NCBI GenBank assembly: GCA_963848295.1
Contig: CAWKDB010000010.1
Location: forward strand, 4,480,001 to 4,544,000
Length of the DNA stretch: 64,000 nt
Reading direction: 5' to 3'
Source: an uncultured delta proteobacterium
GTDB lineage: Bacteria > Myxococcota_A > Polyangia > Haliangiales > Haliangiaceae
In this document: piece by piece, positions 13,717 to 26,234 of the stretch
How the letters are laid out: each line of letters begins with the position of its first letter
Numbering within the stretch: the stretch's first letter is position 1
Translations under genes and position numbers: made by a program
The notes under the pieces: generated by a model
The model's input: only the letters and a program-made list of their open reading frames with translations
Told to the model about the DNA's origin: nothing
Database searches by the model: none

Positions 13717-14886
13717 CTACCCGGCGCGCATCGCGGACATCCGAGGCAGCGAGCGACGACCGCGGGTGCGAACGTCTTCCTCGTCGGGCGCGCGCCGGCG
13801 CAGCTCGGACTCGGTGCCGTGGGGGAACCGGCGCGGCCGCGTGACGACCGTCTTGGGCACTTCGTCTTCGGGTAGGTCGTCGGCGCGCACCGGCACGTGC
13901 GCGTCGGGGAACAGCTGGAACATCAAGCCCGCGATCGCGCGCGGGTCGCACGCCCAGCCGAGCTGCCGCGCGGCGCGTGACAGGTCGTCGATCAGCGCGG
14001 CGGCCGAGGCGTAGCGATGGTCGGGGTCGAGCGACAGCGCTTTCAGCACGACCGCTTCGAGCGCGGCCGGATAGTCGGCGATCAGCACCCGCGGGGCGAC
14101 GAGCTCGCCGCGGACGACCGCGAGCATGCGCGCGAAGTCGGTGGTGCCGCGAAAGCACCGGCGACCGGTCGTCAACTCGTAGAGCACGACCCCGAGCGCG
14201 AACACGTCGGTGCGCAGATCGACGCGCTCGCCCAGACACTGCTCCGGCGACATGTAGCTCGCCTTGCCGCGAACCACGCCGGGCGCGGTGTGTACGGTCG
14301 ACTGCGCGCTCTGTGCGATGCCGAAGTCGATGATCTTCACGACGCCGTCGTGCGTGACCATGATGTTCGACAGCGAGACGTCGCGGTGCACGAGGCGGAG
14401 CGGCCGGCCGTTCGCGTCGCACCGGCGATGCGCGTGATCGAGACCGGCGGCGGCACCGAGCACGATGCCGACCGCAGCTTCGTACGGGATCTCGACGCTC
14501 GCCTGCATCGCGGCATGTGCGATCTCGCGCAGGTCGGCGCCGTCGACGTACTCCATCGCGAGATAGGGCACGCCGCCGAAGCTCGCCATCGCGTAGACCC
14601 GCGGCAAGTTGTCGTGATCGAACAGGGCCATCAGCTTGGCTTCGTCGCGAAACAACGCGCACGAGTCCGCATCGCCGGCGCGGCGTGGTGCGAGCACTTT
14701 GAGCACCGCGGTGCGACCGTCTGCGGTGCGCGCGAGGAACAGGTCGGCCATCCCGCCTTGCGCGAGCAGGCGGACCAACGCGTACTCGCCGAGTTGGCTC
14801 GGCACGTCGGTCGGCGCAGGGCGGCTGGACTCGACAAGCGGCTCGTCGAGGCTGGCGTAGGCGTTGTAACCGGCGACCGCGCTCAT
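13717..14886 (-). CDS. Ser/Thr protein kinase (cytoplasmic)
   Basis: QGGMA, VLKVL, HRDVSLSN, DFGIA, GKASYMSPE. Confidence 0.92.
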   Translation of the reverse strand: MSAVAGYNAYASLDEPLVESSRPAPTDVPSQLGEYALVRLLAQGGMADLFLARTADGRTAVLKVLAPRRAGDADSCALFRDEAKLMALFDHDNLPRVYAMASFGGVPYLAMEYVDGADLREIAHAAMQASVEIPYEAAVGIVLGAAAGLDHAHRRCDANGRPLRLVHRDVSLSNIMVTHDGVVKIIDFGIAQSAQSTVHTAPGVVRGKASYMSPEQCLGERVDLRTDVFALGVVLYELTTGRRCFRGTTDFARMLAVVRGELVAPRVLIADYPAALEAVVLKALSLDPDHRYASAAALIDDLSRAARQLGWACDPRAIAGLMFQLFPDAHVPVRADDLPEDEVPKTVVTRPRRFPHGTESELRRRAPDEEDVRTRGRRSLPRMSAMRAG

Positions 14887-15016
14887 CGTATGAACCTACG
14901 GGCGAGTCCTGCGATCGGATCCCGTGCGTGGGATCTCGCGTGGTTACGCCCGCCGAAGCGAAGGCTGCCTTACAGCTTGTTATGGGGAAGGAATTGGATA
15001 GATTCGCCGACCACCC

Positions 15017-17389
15017 ATGGGCATCGAGGTCCCGAAGAGCAGTCCGGCCGCGCTGATCATCGCGGAAGAGGAGCGGCTTTTCGGCCAGGTCCAAGCCCGC
15101 GTCGCGCTCGGCGAAGAGGGTGACGAGCGACCGACCGTCGGGGCGTCCGACCTCGACAGCGACTTGTTGTCACTGCGCGATCAGATCTCCGAAGCGCGCG
15201 CCGAAGATCTGCCGCCGTTAGTCGAGCAGATGACGCGCCTCGCAGCGCTCAAGGCGCGACTCGGCGGTGGCAAGCAGCTGCCGGTCGATATCACGTCGCC
15301 ATACTTCGCTCACCTCCGGCTCAAGGAGCACGGCAAGACGCGCGACGTGATGGTCGGCAAGCGCGGCTTCATCGACCGTTCGTCGAACGTGCAGATCGTC
15401 GATTGGCGCAACGCGCCGGTGTCGCGGATCTATTACCGCTACGAAGAAGGCGATGACTACGAAGAGGAGATCGCCGGCAAGCGGGTCGAAGGCTTCGTCG
15501 AAGCGCGGCGCAACGTCTCGATCGCGCGCGGCAACCTGCGCCGGATCGGTACGCCGCAGGGCACGTACCTCAAGGATGCCCACGGCGCGTGGGTCCAGGC
15601 GGTCGGTCAGATCGTGCCGGTGCTGCACGGCGGCATGGGCAAGGCCGCCCGTCCGGTCGCGGCGGCGGGCGCGAAGGGGACGCTCGGCATCCATCACGGC
15701 GTCGCGCGCGCCGACAAGGCGTTGCCCGAGATCGCGGCGTTGATCGACAAGGAGCAGTTCGACCTGATCACGCAGCCGGGCAGCGGGATGGTCGTGATCC
15801 AAGGCGGCGCGGGCTCGGGCAAGACGACGGTCGCGCTCCACCGCGTCGCATACTTGAATTTCCAAGACAGCCGGCGGTTCAGCGCGCGCAGCATGTTGTT
15901 CGTCGTGCCGTCGCAGGCGCTCGTCCGCTACGTCGGTGGCGTGCTGCCGGCGCTCGGCGTTCAGGGTGTGCCGGTCCTGACCTACACCGGCTGGGCGCGG
16001 TCGACCCGGATGCGCTGCTTGCCGGATACGCCGGCGAAGTACAACGTCGAGCCGCCGGACCAAGTGTCGCGCGTCAAGAAGCATCCCGCGGTGATCGCGA
16101 TGCTCGCGGCGTACGTCGAGCGCCAGGCCGCGACGATCGGGAGCGAGCTCGCCGAGATCGCGCAAGTGGCGCTCGTCGAATGGAACCGGCTCGTCCGCCG
16201 CACGCTGGTGTCGCGGCTGTCGGGGCTGTCGAGCTGGGCGAAGAAGTCGGGCGAGCTCGATCCGCAAGTGCGCGTCGCGGTCGAAGGCTTCGCGAAGCGC
16301 TGGAAGAAGCGCGCCGACGATTGCGTGCTCGATTGGGCCGAGCTGTTCACCGACCCGGCCGCGCTCGCCGACGGCTTCGCCGGTACCGACGTCAGCGCGC
16401 GCGATATCGAGCGCGTCGTCACGTGGATGCGCCGCCAGCTCGCGAAACCGGAGAAAGCGCCCGTCGACGAAGAGGGCAACCCGGTGCTCGACTCGCAAGG
16501 CGAGCCGATGGGCATCGACGAGGACGATCCGGCGGGCAAGTTCGACGACGAAGACGATCCGATCTTGCTGCGGCTGGTCCAGCTCAAGCGTGGTGGGCTC
16601 GCGCCGCCGGGCGACGATGCGCTCGTCTACGAGCACGTCGCGATCGACGAGGCGCAAGATCGCTCGGCCCTCGAGGTCAAGGTGCTGGTCGAAGCTGTCC
16701 GGGCACCGGACGACGATCCGGCGAAGCGCTCGGTCACGATCGCGGGCGACACCGCGCAGCGCCTCGTGTTCGACAACAACTTCACGACCTGGGCCGAGCT
16801 GCTCGGCTACGTCTCGGGCGCGGGCAGCGCCGCCGCCATCGTTCGGCCGTTGAAGCTGTCGTATCGCTCGACCGCCGAGGTCATGCTGCTCGCGCGCGAG
16901 ATCCTCGGGCCCGAGCTCGCACCCGAGGAGCCACTCGCGGCGCGTCCCGGCGAACCGGTCGAGCTGCACGAGTTCGGCGATCTCGGCGAGGCGATCGCGT
17001 TCCTCGGCGACGCGCTGCGCACGCTGATGGCGCACGAGCCGACCGCTTCGTGCGCGGTGATCTCGCGCCACGCCGAACAAGCCGACGCGTACTACGACGG
17101 CTTGAAGCGCGCCGAGGTGCCTTCGCTGCGCCGGATTCGCCGCGACGAGTTCAACTTTCAGCCCGGCGTCGACGTCACCGACGTCGCGCACGTCAAAGGT
17201 CTCGAGTTCGACTACGTCGTGATGGTCGACGTCAACGCCGCGAGCTATCCGGACGTGCACTGGGCGCGTCACCTGCTGCACATCGGCGTCACGCGCGCCG
17301 CGCATCAGCTCTGGCTCGTGTCGACCGGCGAGGTCAGCCCGCTCGTCCCCGCCGCGCTGCGCGACGGCGGCCGCATGGGCGTCGGCTAG
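15017..17389 (+). CDS. HelD-like / UvrD family superfamily-1 helicase
   Basis: SPYFAH, IVDWRNAP, GGAGSGKTTVALHRVAYL, DEAQD, AGDTAQ, YRST, KGLEFD, VTRA, in the typical HelD motif order. Confidence 0.88.
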   Translation: MGIEVPKSSPAALIIAEEERLFGQVQARVALGEEGDERPTVGASDLDSDLLSLRDQISEARAEDLPPLVEQMTRLAALKARLGGGKQLPVDITSPYFAHLRLKEHGKTRDVMVGKRGFIDRSSNVQIVDWRNAPVSRIYYRYEEGDDYEEEIAGKRVEGFVEARRNVSIARGNLRRIGTPQGTYLKDAHGAWVQAVGQIVPVLHGGMGKAARPVAAAGAKGTLGIHHGVARADKALPEIAALIDKEQFDLITQPGSGMVVIQGGAGSGKTTVALHRVAYLNFQDSRRFSARSMLFVVPSQALVRYVGGVLPALGVQGVPVLTYTGWARSTRMRCLPDTPAKYNVEPPDQVSRVKKHPAVIAMLAAYVERQAATIGSELAEIAQVALVEWNRLVRRTLVSRLSGLSSWAKKSGELDPQVRVAVEGFAKRWKKRADDCVLDWAELFTDPAALADGFAGTDVSARDIERVVTWMRRQLAKPEKAPVDEEGNPVLDSQGEPMGIDEDDPAGKFDDEDDPILLRLVQLKRGGLAPPGDDALVYEHVAIDEAQDRSALEVKVLVEAVRAPDDDPAKRSVTIAGDTAQRLVFDNNFTTWAELLGYVSGAGSAAAIVRPLKLSYRSTAEVMLLAREILGPELAPEEPLAARPGEPVELHEFGDLGEAIAFLGDALRTLMAHEPTASCAVISRHAEQADAYYDGLKRAEVPSLRRIRRDEFNFQPGVDVTDVAHVKGLEFDYVVMVDVNAASYPDVHWARHLLHIGVTRAAHQLWLVSTGEVSPLVPAALRDGGRMGVG

Positions 17390-17394
17390 CGCGC

Positions 17395-17432
17395 GTCCGG
17401 CACGCGCGGATTCGTCCGCGAGTCGGCCGGAC
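17395..17432. terminator. GC-rich hairpin with TTCG loop just after the HelD-like gene
   Basis: GTCCGGC...CGCGGA-TTCG-TCCGCG...GCCGGAC begins 5 nt after the stop; no U-tract. Confidence 0.45.
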
Positions 17433-17525
17433 ACTGGACGGCGTCGCTCGACGTTTCGGTTGCTTAGCTGCAGCACGCAAAGTGCTTGGCCTATGTCGAA
17501 AGCACCCGTTACACTGGAGCAGCCG

Positions 17526-17861
17526 ATGGACAGCAACGACATCACGATCGAGATCTTGAAAGAGATCCGCGACGAGATCCGGAACACCAACGGCCGGATC
17601 GACACAACGAATACGCGAATCGATCAGACCAACATCCAGCTCGACCAGCTCGGGCACGATCTGGAAGGCAAGATCGATCACCTGCGCTCCGACCTGGTCA
17701 CGCGCATGGCCGAGACCGAGATCCGGACCTCGACCGCGCTCGCCGACGTCGCCGGCACGATGCGCGACGTGCGCGACCTACTCCGCGATCGCTTCGACCT
17801 GCGCGATCGCGTCGAGCGCTGCGAGCGCGACATCGACGAGCTCAAGCACCGCGTCGGCTGA
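17526..17861 (+). CDS. Small coiled-coil hypothetical protein
   Basis: Heptad-like repeats (TNGRIDTTNTRIDQTN); GGAG upstream of the ATG. Confidence 0.75.
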   Translation: MDSNDITIEILKEIRDEIRNTNGRIDTTNTRIDQTNIQLDQLGHDLEGKIDHLRSDLVTRMAETEIRTSTALADVAGTMRDVRDLLRDRFDLRDRVERCERDIDELKHRVG

Positions 17862-17891
17862 TTCGACGAACCGATCGGCGGCCGCCGCCGA

Positions 17892-18353
17892 CTACTGATG
17901 ATCGGGATGGCGAATCGTCAGCACCGGCGCCTTCGCGCTACGCACGACGCGCTCGGCCACGCTGCCGATCAAGAGATGCGTTAGCCCGCTGCGGCCGTGG
18001 GTGCCGAGCACGAGCAGCTCGGCTTTGTGTTCGTCGGCGAACCGCAAGATCTCTTCGACCGGCTTGCCGATCACGACATAGGTCGAAGCCGGCGTGCCGT
18101 CCTTCGCGAGCCGCAACGCGATATCGGCGAGGTGCTGCTCCGCGGACGACACCGCGTAGGTCTTGATGTTGATCGGCGCACCGGTGTCGGCCGGCACGAT
18201 CGCGGAATCCATGCCGAGCTGATCCGGCAGATCGATGACATGGAGCAACAGCAACTTGCCGCCATGCGTCTTCGCCTCGTCGCGCGCGATCGCCGCCGCG
18301 TGATTCGCCGAGGCCGAGAAGTCATGGGGAACGAGGATCGTCTTCCAGCTCAT
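17892..18353 (-). CDS. Universal stress protein (UspA family)
   Basis: KTILVPHDFS, LLVLGTHGRSG, IGSVAERVVRSAKAPVL. Confidence 0.93.
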   Translation of the reverse strand: MSWKTILVPHDFSASANHAAAIARDEAKTHGGKLLLLHVIDLPDQLGMDSAIVPADTGAPINIKTYAVSSAEQHLADIALRLAKDGTPASTYVVIGKPVEEILRFADEHKAELLVLGTHGRSGLTHLLIGSVAERVVRSAKAPVLTIRHPDHQ

Positions 18354-18422
18354 GGCCGCAGCGTCGCAGAGCGACTCGCCAACGGCAAGCCATGGACCGG
18401 CAACTCGGCTAGGCTCGCGACC

Positions 18423-19661
18423 GTGGTGCGCTCCGCAACGCGAGGGACCGAGATCGCTGCCCTCGCAGCGCGGCGCAACGAAGAGCAGGTGCGGTCCGAA
18501 GGGTCGTTGCTCGGCGAGAAGCGCGCGGCGGTGGCTCGGCTCGCGATGGTCGCGATGTTCGCGGTCGTCAGCAGCGTGCGCTCGGGGCCGCGCAACTGGG
18601 GCCAGTTCGTCGTCGGCGCGATCTACACGGTGTTCGGCGCGGTCACGCTCTACGCCATGAGCAGGCTCAAGGTGGCGAGCCCGCGGCGCGCGCTGTGGGT
18701 CCCGATCCCGCTGACGCTCGTCGACACCGCCGCGGTCACGACGCTCGGCGCCCTCGAGGTGTCGTTCACCGGCGTGTTTAACGCCGGCCAGCAGGCGATC
18801 GCGCTCGCGATCATCGTGTCGTTCTCGGTCGCGCGGCGATCGGTCTGGCACGTCGTGCTATCGGTCGCGTGCGCAGAGATCGTGCTCGTGATCGACATCG
18901 CGCAGGGCTGGCTCGTCGGCCACGCCGCGGTGTTCATCGTGACCGCGTTCGCGGTGCTCGGCTTCGTGCTGTCGCTGACCAACCGCGCGATCGGCCGGAT
19001 GTTCCAAGACCTGCGCCGGCGCGACAACCTCGCCCGGTTCCTCCCGCAGCAGGTGGCCGACCGCGTCCTCGCGAGCGGCGCCGAGGCGCTCGCTCCGGTC
19101 GAGCGCGAGGTCACCGTGCTGTTCAGCGACATCCGAGGGTTCACGTCGCTGTCCGAGGGGCTCGAGCCGCGCGACGTGCTCGCGATGCTCGACGATTACT
19201 TCGGCCGGATGGGCCAGGTCGTCAAAGGCCGTGACGGCGTGATCGGCAAGTTCCTCGGCGATGGCTTGCTCGCGTTCTGGGGCGTTCCAGATCGGCTTGA
19301 CGATCACGCGACGAAGGCGGTGCAAGCGGCGCGCGACATGCGCACCGTGCTCGTCGAGGTCAATCGTCATCGCGAGCGCGACAAGCTGGCGCCGCTGAAG
19401 ATCGGCATCGGCATCCACACCGGCAAGGTCGCGGCCGGCATGCTCGGTAGCGAGCTCTTCGCCGAGTACACGATCATCGGCGATGCGGTCAATGTCGCGT
19501 CGCGCATCGAAGGCCTCACCAAGGAGCACGGCGTGGACGTGCTGATCAGCGAGACGACCTACGCTCAGCTGCGCGCGCCCGAGCGCGTGTGCAAGCTCGC
19601 GGAGGCTGCCATCCGCGGCCGCAAAGAGCCGGTCGTGCTCTATACCCTCGAGGAGACCTGA
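18423..19661 (+). CDS. Membrane-bound class III adenylate/guanylate cyclase
   Basis: Several TM helices followed by LFSDIRGFT, KFLGDG, IGIGIHTG, IGDAVNVASRIE; GTG start is approximate. Confidence 0.9.
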   Translation: MVRSATRGTEIAALAARRNEEQVRSEGSLLGEKRAAVARLAMVAMFAVVSSVRSGPRNWGQFVVGAIYTVFGAVTLYAMSRLKVASPRRALWVPIPLTLVDTAAVTTLGALEVSFTGVFNAGQQAIALAIIVSFSVARRSVWHVVLSVACAEIVLVIDIAQGWLVGHAAVFIVTAFAVLGFVLSLTNRAIGRMFQDLRRRDNLARFLPQQVADRVLASGAEALAPVEREVTVLFSDIRGFTSLSEGLEPRDVLAMLDDYFGRMGQVVKGRDGVIGKFLGDGLLAFWGVPDRLDDHATKAVQAARDMRTVLVEVNRHRERDKLAPLKIGIGIHTGKVAAGMLGSELFAEYTIIGDAVNVASRIEGLTKEHGVDVLISETTYAQLRAPERVCKLAEAAIRGRKEPVVLYTLEET

Positions 19662-19664
19662 CGC

Positions 19665-20087
19665 ATGAGCCTGAGCATCCACCTGTCGTACAGCGGCCAG
19701 TGCGAAGCCGCGTTTCAATTCTACCAGCGCAGCCTCGCCGGTACATTCGAGACCTCGATCGCGTTGACGAGGTACGGCGACACGCCGATGGCGGCGCAGC
19801 TGCCCGAAGACTGGCGCGACAAGATCGTGCACGGCAACATCATGATCGGCGGCGTGAGCGTGGCCGGCGCCGACGTCCTGCCGAAGGACTACGAGTCGCC
19901 TCGCGGGTTTTCAGTGCTGCTCGATGTCCACGACGTCGCGGCGGCGGAACGCGTGTTTCATGCGCTCGCCGAGCATGGCACGGTGACGATGCCGATCCAG
20001 CAGACGTTCTGGGCGAAGCGGTTCGGCGTGCTGACCGACCAGTTCGGGATTCCGTGGGAGATCAATAGCGGCGCGGGGCCGGACTGA
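19665..20087 (+). CDS. VOC/PhnB-like family protein
   Basis: CEAAFQFY, MPIQQTFWAKRFGVLTDQFGIPWEIN. Confidence 0.9.
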   Translation: MSLSIHLSYSGQCEAAFQFYQRSLAGTFETSIALTRYGDTPMAAQLPEDWRDKIVHGNIMIGGVSVAGADVLPKDYESPRGFSVLLDVHDVAAAERVFHALAEHGTVTMPIQQTFWAKRFGVLTDQFGIPWEINSGAGPD

Positions 20088-20092
20088 GCCCG

Positions 20093-20508
20093 CTCTACAG
20101 CGGCGGCAGGCCTCGCACCGCCGCGAGCATCACCTGTCGCGCTTACGCGCCGTCGCGCGCGCGATCGGCTCGGCGTCGTCGGAGTCATCGTCCTCGCCGC
20201 TCCGCACGACTCCGACCGCGGTGCGCACGACGGCCGCCACCATATCCGCGGCGACGCCGATCACCGGCGCCTGGTCCTCGACCGAGGTCACGATGTTCAT
20301 CTGGTACGTCGGCGCCGGCGCCGCGGGCGGCGGCTTCAACATCTCGGCCAGCCCCCTGGCCATCGCGGCCGCCGACGGATCGATCGCGACGCCGGTGCGT
20401 TCGCCGCAGTGCGGGCACTTCACGACTTGTTCGTGCACCGGCTGACTACACGCTTCGCATCGAATCGCCACGCGTCGATCATAGCGCACTCTACAGCGGC
20501 GGCAGGCC
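20093..20508. repeat. 20-bp direct repeat CTCTACAGCGGCGGCAGGCC at 20093-20112 and 20489-20508
   Basis: The two copies are identical; the second covers the stop and last codons of the L,D-transpeptidase-like gene. Confidence 0.85.
20130..20471 (-). CDS. Small zinc-ribbon protein
   Basis: N-terminal CEAC...CPHC; probable GTG start. Confidence 0.65.
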   Translation of the reverse strand: MAIRCEACSQPVHEQVVKCPHCGERTGVAIDPSAAAMARGLAEMLKPPPAAPAPTYQMNIVTSVEDQAPVIGVAADMVAAVVRTAVGVVRSGEDDDSDDAEPIARATARKRDR

Positions 20509-21270
20509 CCACGCAGGTGCGAGCGCGACGTAGTCGGCGCGCGGCAGCAGCACGAACGCGGCGCCTGGCTCGAGCGAGGTCACGAGCTGCGCGAGCTGCG
20601 GCTCCGCCATCGCCGTGCAGCCGACGGTCGCAGAGTCGGGCCCGCTCCACTCGTGCAAGAAGATGCAGCTGCCGTCGCCCGAGACGCGCGTCGGGTTGTG
20701 CGCGACGTCGATCACCCAGGTGTAGAGCGCGTCGTCGCGCTTCATCATCTCCGAGCTCATCCAATCGATCTTCGCGATCGTCGAGCGATCGAGGATCTGC
20801 CCGTAGTGCTTCGACAACGGATCGTCGACGCACTCCCAGCTCTTGGTGACCGCGGTGTACGGCAGCTTCGCGCCCGCGGGGGCCGCCGCGGCGTAGCCGT
20901 AGGCCGCGCGTAGGTCGTAGACGCCGGCCGGGCTCTTGCGGTCGCCTTCGCGCTTCGTCGGACCATTGCGTCCGGCCGGGGCACCATCGCCGTGCGCGCC
21001 GTTGCCCCACGCCGCACCGCCGGCGCCGATCACGGCGGGCCAGGCGTCGCCGACCGGCTTCCAGCTCGCGCCGTCGCGTTGCCATAACCGCAGAGTCGCC
21101 TTGGTGGAAGTCCAGTCGTCGATGATCGCGGTGACGAGCTGCGGCCGCTCGCCGAGCGAGCGCCGCCGCGCCGCCATGAGCAACGGCCCGTTGCGCAAGC
21201 CCGCTGCCGGCTCCTCGTGAGCCTTGCACCCCGCGACGACCGCGATCACGGCGACGAGCGCGAGCTTCAC
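20491..21270 (-). CDS. L,D-transpeptidase (YkuD-like) family lipoprotein
   Basis: VAGC lipobox; [18 protein letters not shown] ... TVGC catalytic His/Cys; GTG start overlaps the nadA stop. Confidence 0.85.
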   Translation of the reverse strand: MKLALVAVIAVVAGCKAHEEPAAGLRNGPLLMAARRRSLGERPQLVTAIIDDWTSTKATLRLWQRDGASWKPVGDAWPAVIGAGGAAWGNGAHGDGAPAGRNGPTKREGDRKSPAGVYDLRAAYGYAAAAPAGAKLPYTAVTKSWECVDDPLSKHYGQILDRSTIAKIDWMSSEMMKRDDALYTWVIDVAHNPTRVSGDGSCIFLHEWSGPDSATVGCTAMAEPQLAQLVTSLEPGAAFVLLPRADYVALAPAWGLPPL

Positions 21271-22235
21271 GGCATCTCGAGCATGCGCTGGATCGGCCGC
21301 AGCGCCTTGACGCGCACCGCCTCCGGCACGTCGACGCGCGGCTCGAGATCGCGCAACGCGAGATACAGCTTCGCGAGCGTGTTCTTGCGCATGAACGGGC
21401 ACATGTTGCACGAGCAGCTCTCGTCTTCCGGTGGCGCCATGATCAACGTCTTACCGGGGGCCGCTTGTTGCATCTTGTGGGCGATTCCCGCTTCGGTCGC
21501 GACGATGAACGTCTGCTTGGCGCTCGTCCGCGCGCGCTCGATCAGGCCGCTGGTCGATGCGATGAACGTCGCGTGGCGCAGGATCGCGGACGTGCACTCG
21601 GGGTGCGCGATGACCTCGGCGTCGGGGTGCTGCGCGATCAGCTCGAGCAACCGGCGCTCGCTGAACGTCTCGTGGACGATGCACGTGCCCTGCCACAGGA
21701 CCAGATCCGGCCGCTGCGCTTCCTTCTGGACGAACGCACCGAGGTGGCGATCCGGCGCGAAAACGACCTTCTCGCCGGCGAGCGCCTTGACGATCTTCAC
21801 CGCGTTCGACGACGTGCAGATCACATCCGACAGCGCTTTGACCTCCGCCGAGCAGTTGATGTAGCTGACGACGGTGTGGCCGGGATACTGCTCGAGCCAG
21901 CGCGCGAACACCGGGGCGGGGCAGCCGTCGGCGAGCGAGCAGCCGGCGGTGAGATCCGGGACGACGACGATCTTGCTCGGGTTCAAGATCTTCGCGGTCT
22001 CGGCCATGAAGTGGACGCCGCAGAACGCGATGACATCCGCGCTCGTCTTCGCCGCCGCTTGGGAGAGCTGGAGCGAATCGCCGACGTGATCGGCGAGGTC
22101 CTGGAGCTCGGACTCTTGGTAGTAGTGCGCCAGGATCACCGCGTTGCGCTCGGCCTTGAGCCGGCGGATCTCGCTCTCGAGCTCGGCGTCATCGAGCTCG
22201 AGCTCGGGTTGCCCGACGACCGGAAGCTTGGTCAT
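21267..22235 (-). CDS. nadA: Quinolinate synthase
   Basis: [58 protein letters not shown]. Confidence 0.97.
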   Translation of the reverse strand: MTKLPVVGQPELELDDAELESEIRRLKAERNAVILAHYYQESELQDLADHVGDSLQLSQAAAKTSADVIAFCGVHFMAETAKILNPSKIVVVPDLTAGCSLADGCPAPVFARWLEQYPGHTVVSYINCSAEVKALSDVICTSSNAVKIVKALAGEKVVFAPDRHLGAFVQKEAQRPDLVLWQGTCIVHETFSERRLLELIAQHPDAEVIAHPECTSAILRHATFIASTSGLIERARTSAKQTFIVATEAGIAHKMQQAAPGKTLIMAPPEDESCSCNMCPFMRKNTLAKLYLALRDLEPRVDVPEAVRVKALRPIQRMLEMP

Positions 22236-22314
22236 GGGATCTCGTACCACGCCCGCACGTCGCGACAACGTCGCGGCGCGCAGCGGCGCGCAGCGGTGTA
22301 GTGTCCCTGCCGTG

Positions 22315-23214
22315 ATGTCCGGAGCCCCGCCGGAGCTCGAGCCTGGCGTTCGCGTCGGGCGCTATCGCGTGGTCGGCGAGCTCGGGCGCGGCGGCATGGG
22401 CGGCGTGTGGGAGGTCGAGGACGAGGCCGGCACGAGGTTCGCGCTCAAGGCACCCGCTTCCGGCGTCGCGGCGCCGCCGATGGTGACGCAGCGGTTCGCG
22501 CGCGAGGCGAACGCGGTGCGCCTGCTCGATCATCCAAACCTCGTCGGCGCGGTCGACGTGTTCGTCGAGGCGGGCTACCTGTTTCTCGTGATGGAGCGCG
22601 TCGTCGGGCGCACGCTGACCAAGGTGATGGCGCCCGGTCCGCTCGCGCCGCGGCGCGCCCTCGTGCTCGCCCGCCAGGTGCTCGAAGGCGCCGGCCATGC
22701 GCACGCCGCCGGTGTCATCCACCGCGATCTCAAGCCCGACAACATCATGCTCGTCGAGCGCGGCGAACCCGGCAACACGTGGGAGACCGCGAAGATCGTC
22801 GACTTCGGGCTGGTCAAGCTGATCGGCGACGCCGAGGCCGCGTTCGGCGGCGGCAAGCTGACCTCGGTCGGCATCGTGTTCGGCACGCCGACGTACATGG
22901 CGCCGGAACAAGCGCAAGGCCAGCCGATCGATGGCCGCAGCGATCTCTATTCGATCGGCACGATGCTGTTCGAGATGCTGACCGGCCGGGCGCCGTTCGA
23001 CGAGCGCGATCCGATGAAGGTCATGAGGATGCAGGTCAAGATGCCGCCGCCGCGCCTCGACGAGGTCGAACCCGGCGCGCGCTGGGTGACGCCCGAGCTG
23101 ATCGCGCTCATCGAGGGCGCGCTGATCAAGGAGCCCGCCGATCGGTTCCCCCATGCCGCCGCGATGCTCGCGGCGCTCGACGACGCGTTCTTATCGCTCG
23201 ACCGCGTCGTGTAG
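22315..23214 (+). CDS. Ser/Thr protein kinase (stand-alone domain)
   Basis: [30 protein letters not shown]. Confidence 0.92.
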   Translation: MSGAPPELEPGVRVGRYRVVGELGRGGMGGVWEVEDEAGTRFALKAPASGVAAPPMVTQRFAREANAVRLLDHPNLVGAVDVFVEAGYLFLVMERVVGRTLTKVMAPGPLAPRRALVLARQVLEGAGHAHAAGVIHRDLKPDNIMLVERGEPGNTWETAKIVDFGLVKLIGDAEAAFGGGKLTSVGIVFGTPTYMAPEQAQGQPIDGRSDLYSIGTMLFEMLTGRAPFDERDPMKVMRMQVKMPPPRLDEVEPGARWVTPELIALIEGALIKEPADRFPHAAAMLAALDDAFLSLDRVV

Positions 23215-23257
23215 CTGCTTGCAATCCCTTCGGGATAGCGCCAAGGTCCAGCTCTAG

Positions 23258-25015
<1,758 letters not shown>

Positions 25016-25116
25016 ACGAGGGCGCCGGGCGGTCCCGGAGTCCGGCCGGGCATGGCCTGGGTCATCGTCGACACTCGGTAACCCTGAGCGTGCACTGATC
25101 GCGCGGATCAGGTAGA

Positions 25117-26226
25117 ATGGCTCAGCGGGCCGCCGTGACAGTCCAGCCGAAGCGCAGCCTCAAGGTCGAGAAGCTAGCGCGCATCTACGACGAAGAGATC
25201 GCGCCCGTGTGGGGGACGCGCTTCGGCAAGATGTTGCTGCGAAACCTGAGCGTCCCGGCGCGCGGCCAGGTGCTCGACATCTCGTGCGGCACCGGCTATC
25301 CGACGGTCGAGATCCTGCGCCGGATGAGCGAAGGCAGCCGGTTGATCGCGATCGACGCGTCGAGCGCGATGCTCGATGTCGCGCGCCGTAAGGTGGCCGA
25401 CCTCGGTCCGCTCGGCAAGAAAGGCGTGTTCTTTCGCACCGAGAGTCCGGTGCCGAAGCTGTCGTTCGCCGACGACGTCTACGATCTCGTCGTGTGCAAT
25501 CTCGGGCTCGCCGAGATGCCGAGCCTCGAGATCGCGCTGCGCGACTTCGCGCGCGTCGCCAAGCGCGGCGGCGAGGTGCGGTGCACGCTCCCGCTGATCG
25601 GCACGTTCGAGGAGTTCCACGACCTGTATCGCGAGGTGCTGATCAAGCACGACAAGCACGAGGCGCTCGATCGCCTCGAGAAGCAGATCGCGCGCTATCC
25701 GACGGTCGATTACATCGAACGCTGCATCGAGAGCGCAGGACTCGACGGCGAGATCGTGATCGAAGAGTTCACGCTGCTATTCAAGAGCTCGCGCGAGTTC
25801 TTCTTCGCGCCGGTGATCGAGTACGGCCCGCTCGCCGATTGGAAGGACATCGCGGGCGCCGGCCAAGAGATGCAGGACGTGTTCTGGTACATCAAGGAAG
25901 CGATCGACGCGTACTTCGATGGCCGCCCGTTCCAGGTCACGGTCAAGGCCGGCTGCATCATCGGCAAGAAGCTCGAAGCCGGTGCGGCGCCGGAGCTCGA
26001 CATCCAGATCGAAGAGGCGTCCTACGACGAAGAGGCCGATACCGATCTGCCACGTCGACCGCACCAGATCGCCGCGGGCTCGGTCCAGCTCGCCGATCCC
26101 GACGAGCTACAAGTCGAAGAGCTCGAGGCGCAGGGCGACACGCCGATCGACGAAGGCTCGATCGAGGAACAAGAGCTCGACGCGTTCATCGAAGGCCGCA
26201 AGCGGCCGACCCATCTGGACGATTGA
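25117..26226 (+). CDS. Class I SAM-dependent methyltransferase with acidic C-terminal tail
   Basis: VLDISCGTG, IDASSAMLDVAR, YDLVVCN. Confidence 0.85.
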   Translation: MAQRAAVTVQPKRSLKVEKLARIYDEEIAPVWGTRFGKMLLRNLSVPARGQVLDISCGTGYPTVEILRRMSEGSRLIAIDASSAMLDVARRKVADLGPLGKKGVFFRTESPVPKLSFADDVYDLVVCNLGLAEMPSLEIALRDFARVAKRGGEVRCTLPLIGTFEEFHDLYREVLIKHDKHEALDRLEKQIARYPTVDYIERCIESAGLDGEIVIEEFTLLFKSSREFFFAPVIEYGPLADWKDIAGAGQEMQDVFWYIKEAIDAYFDGRPFQVTVKAGCIIGKKLEAGAAPELDIQIEEASYDEEADTDLPRRPHQIAAGSVQLADPDELQVEELEAQGDTPIDEGSIEEQELDAFIEGRKRPTHLDD

Positions 26227-26234
26227 GAAGGGGC

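Noticed and set aside
17472..17488. Second BoxR operator (AGCAC-GCAAA-GTGCTTG)
   Set aside because: The spacer length differs and the arms are short; it is equally explained by an IHF-like AT-rich motif or chance.
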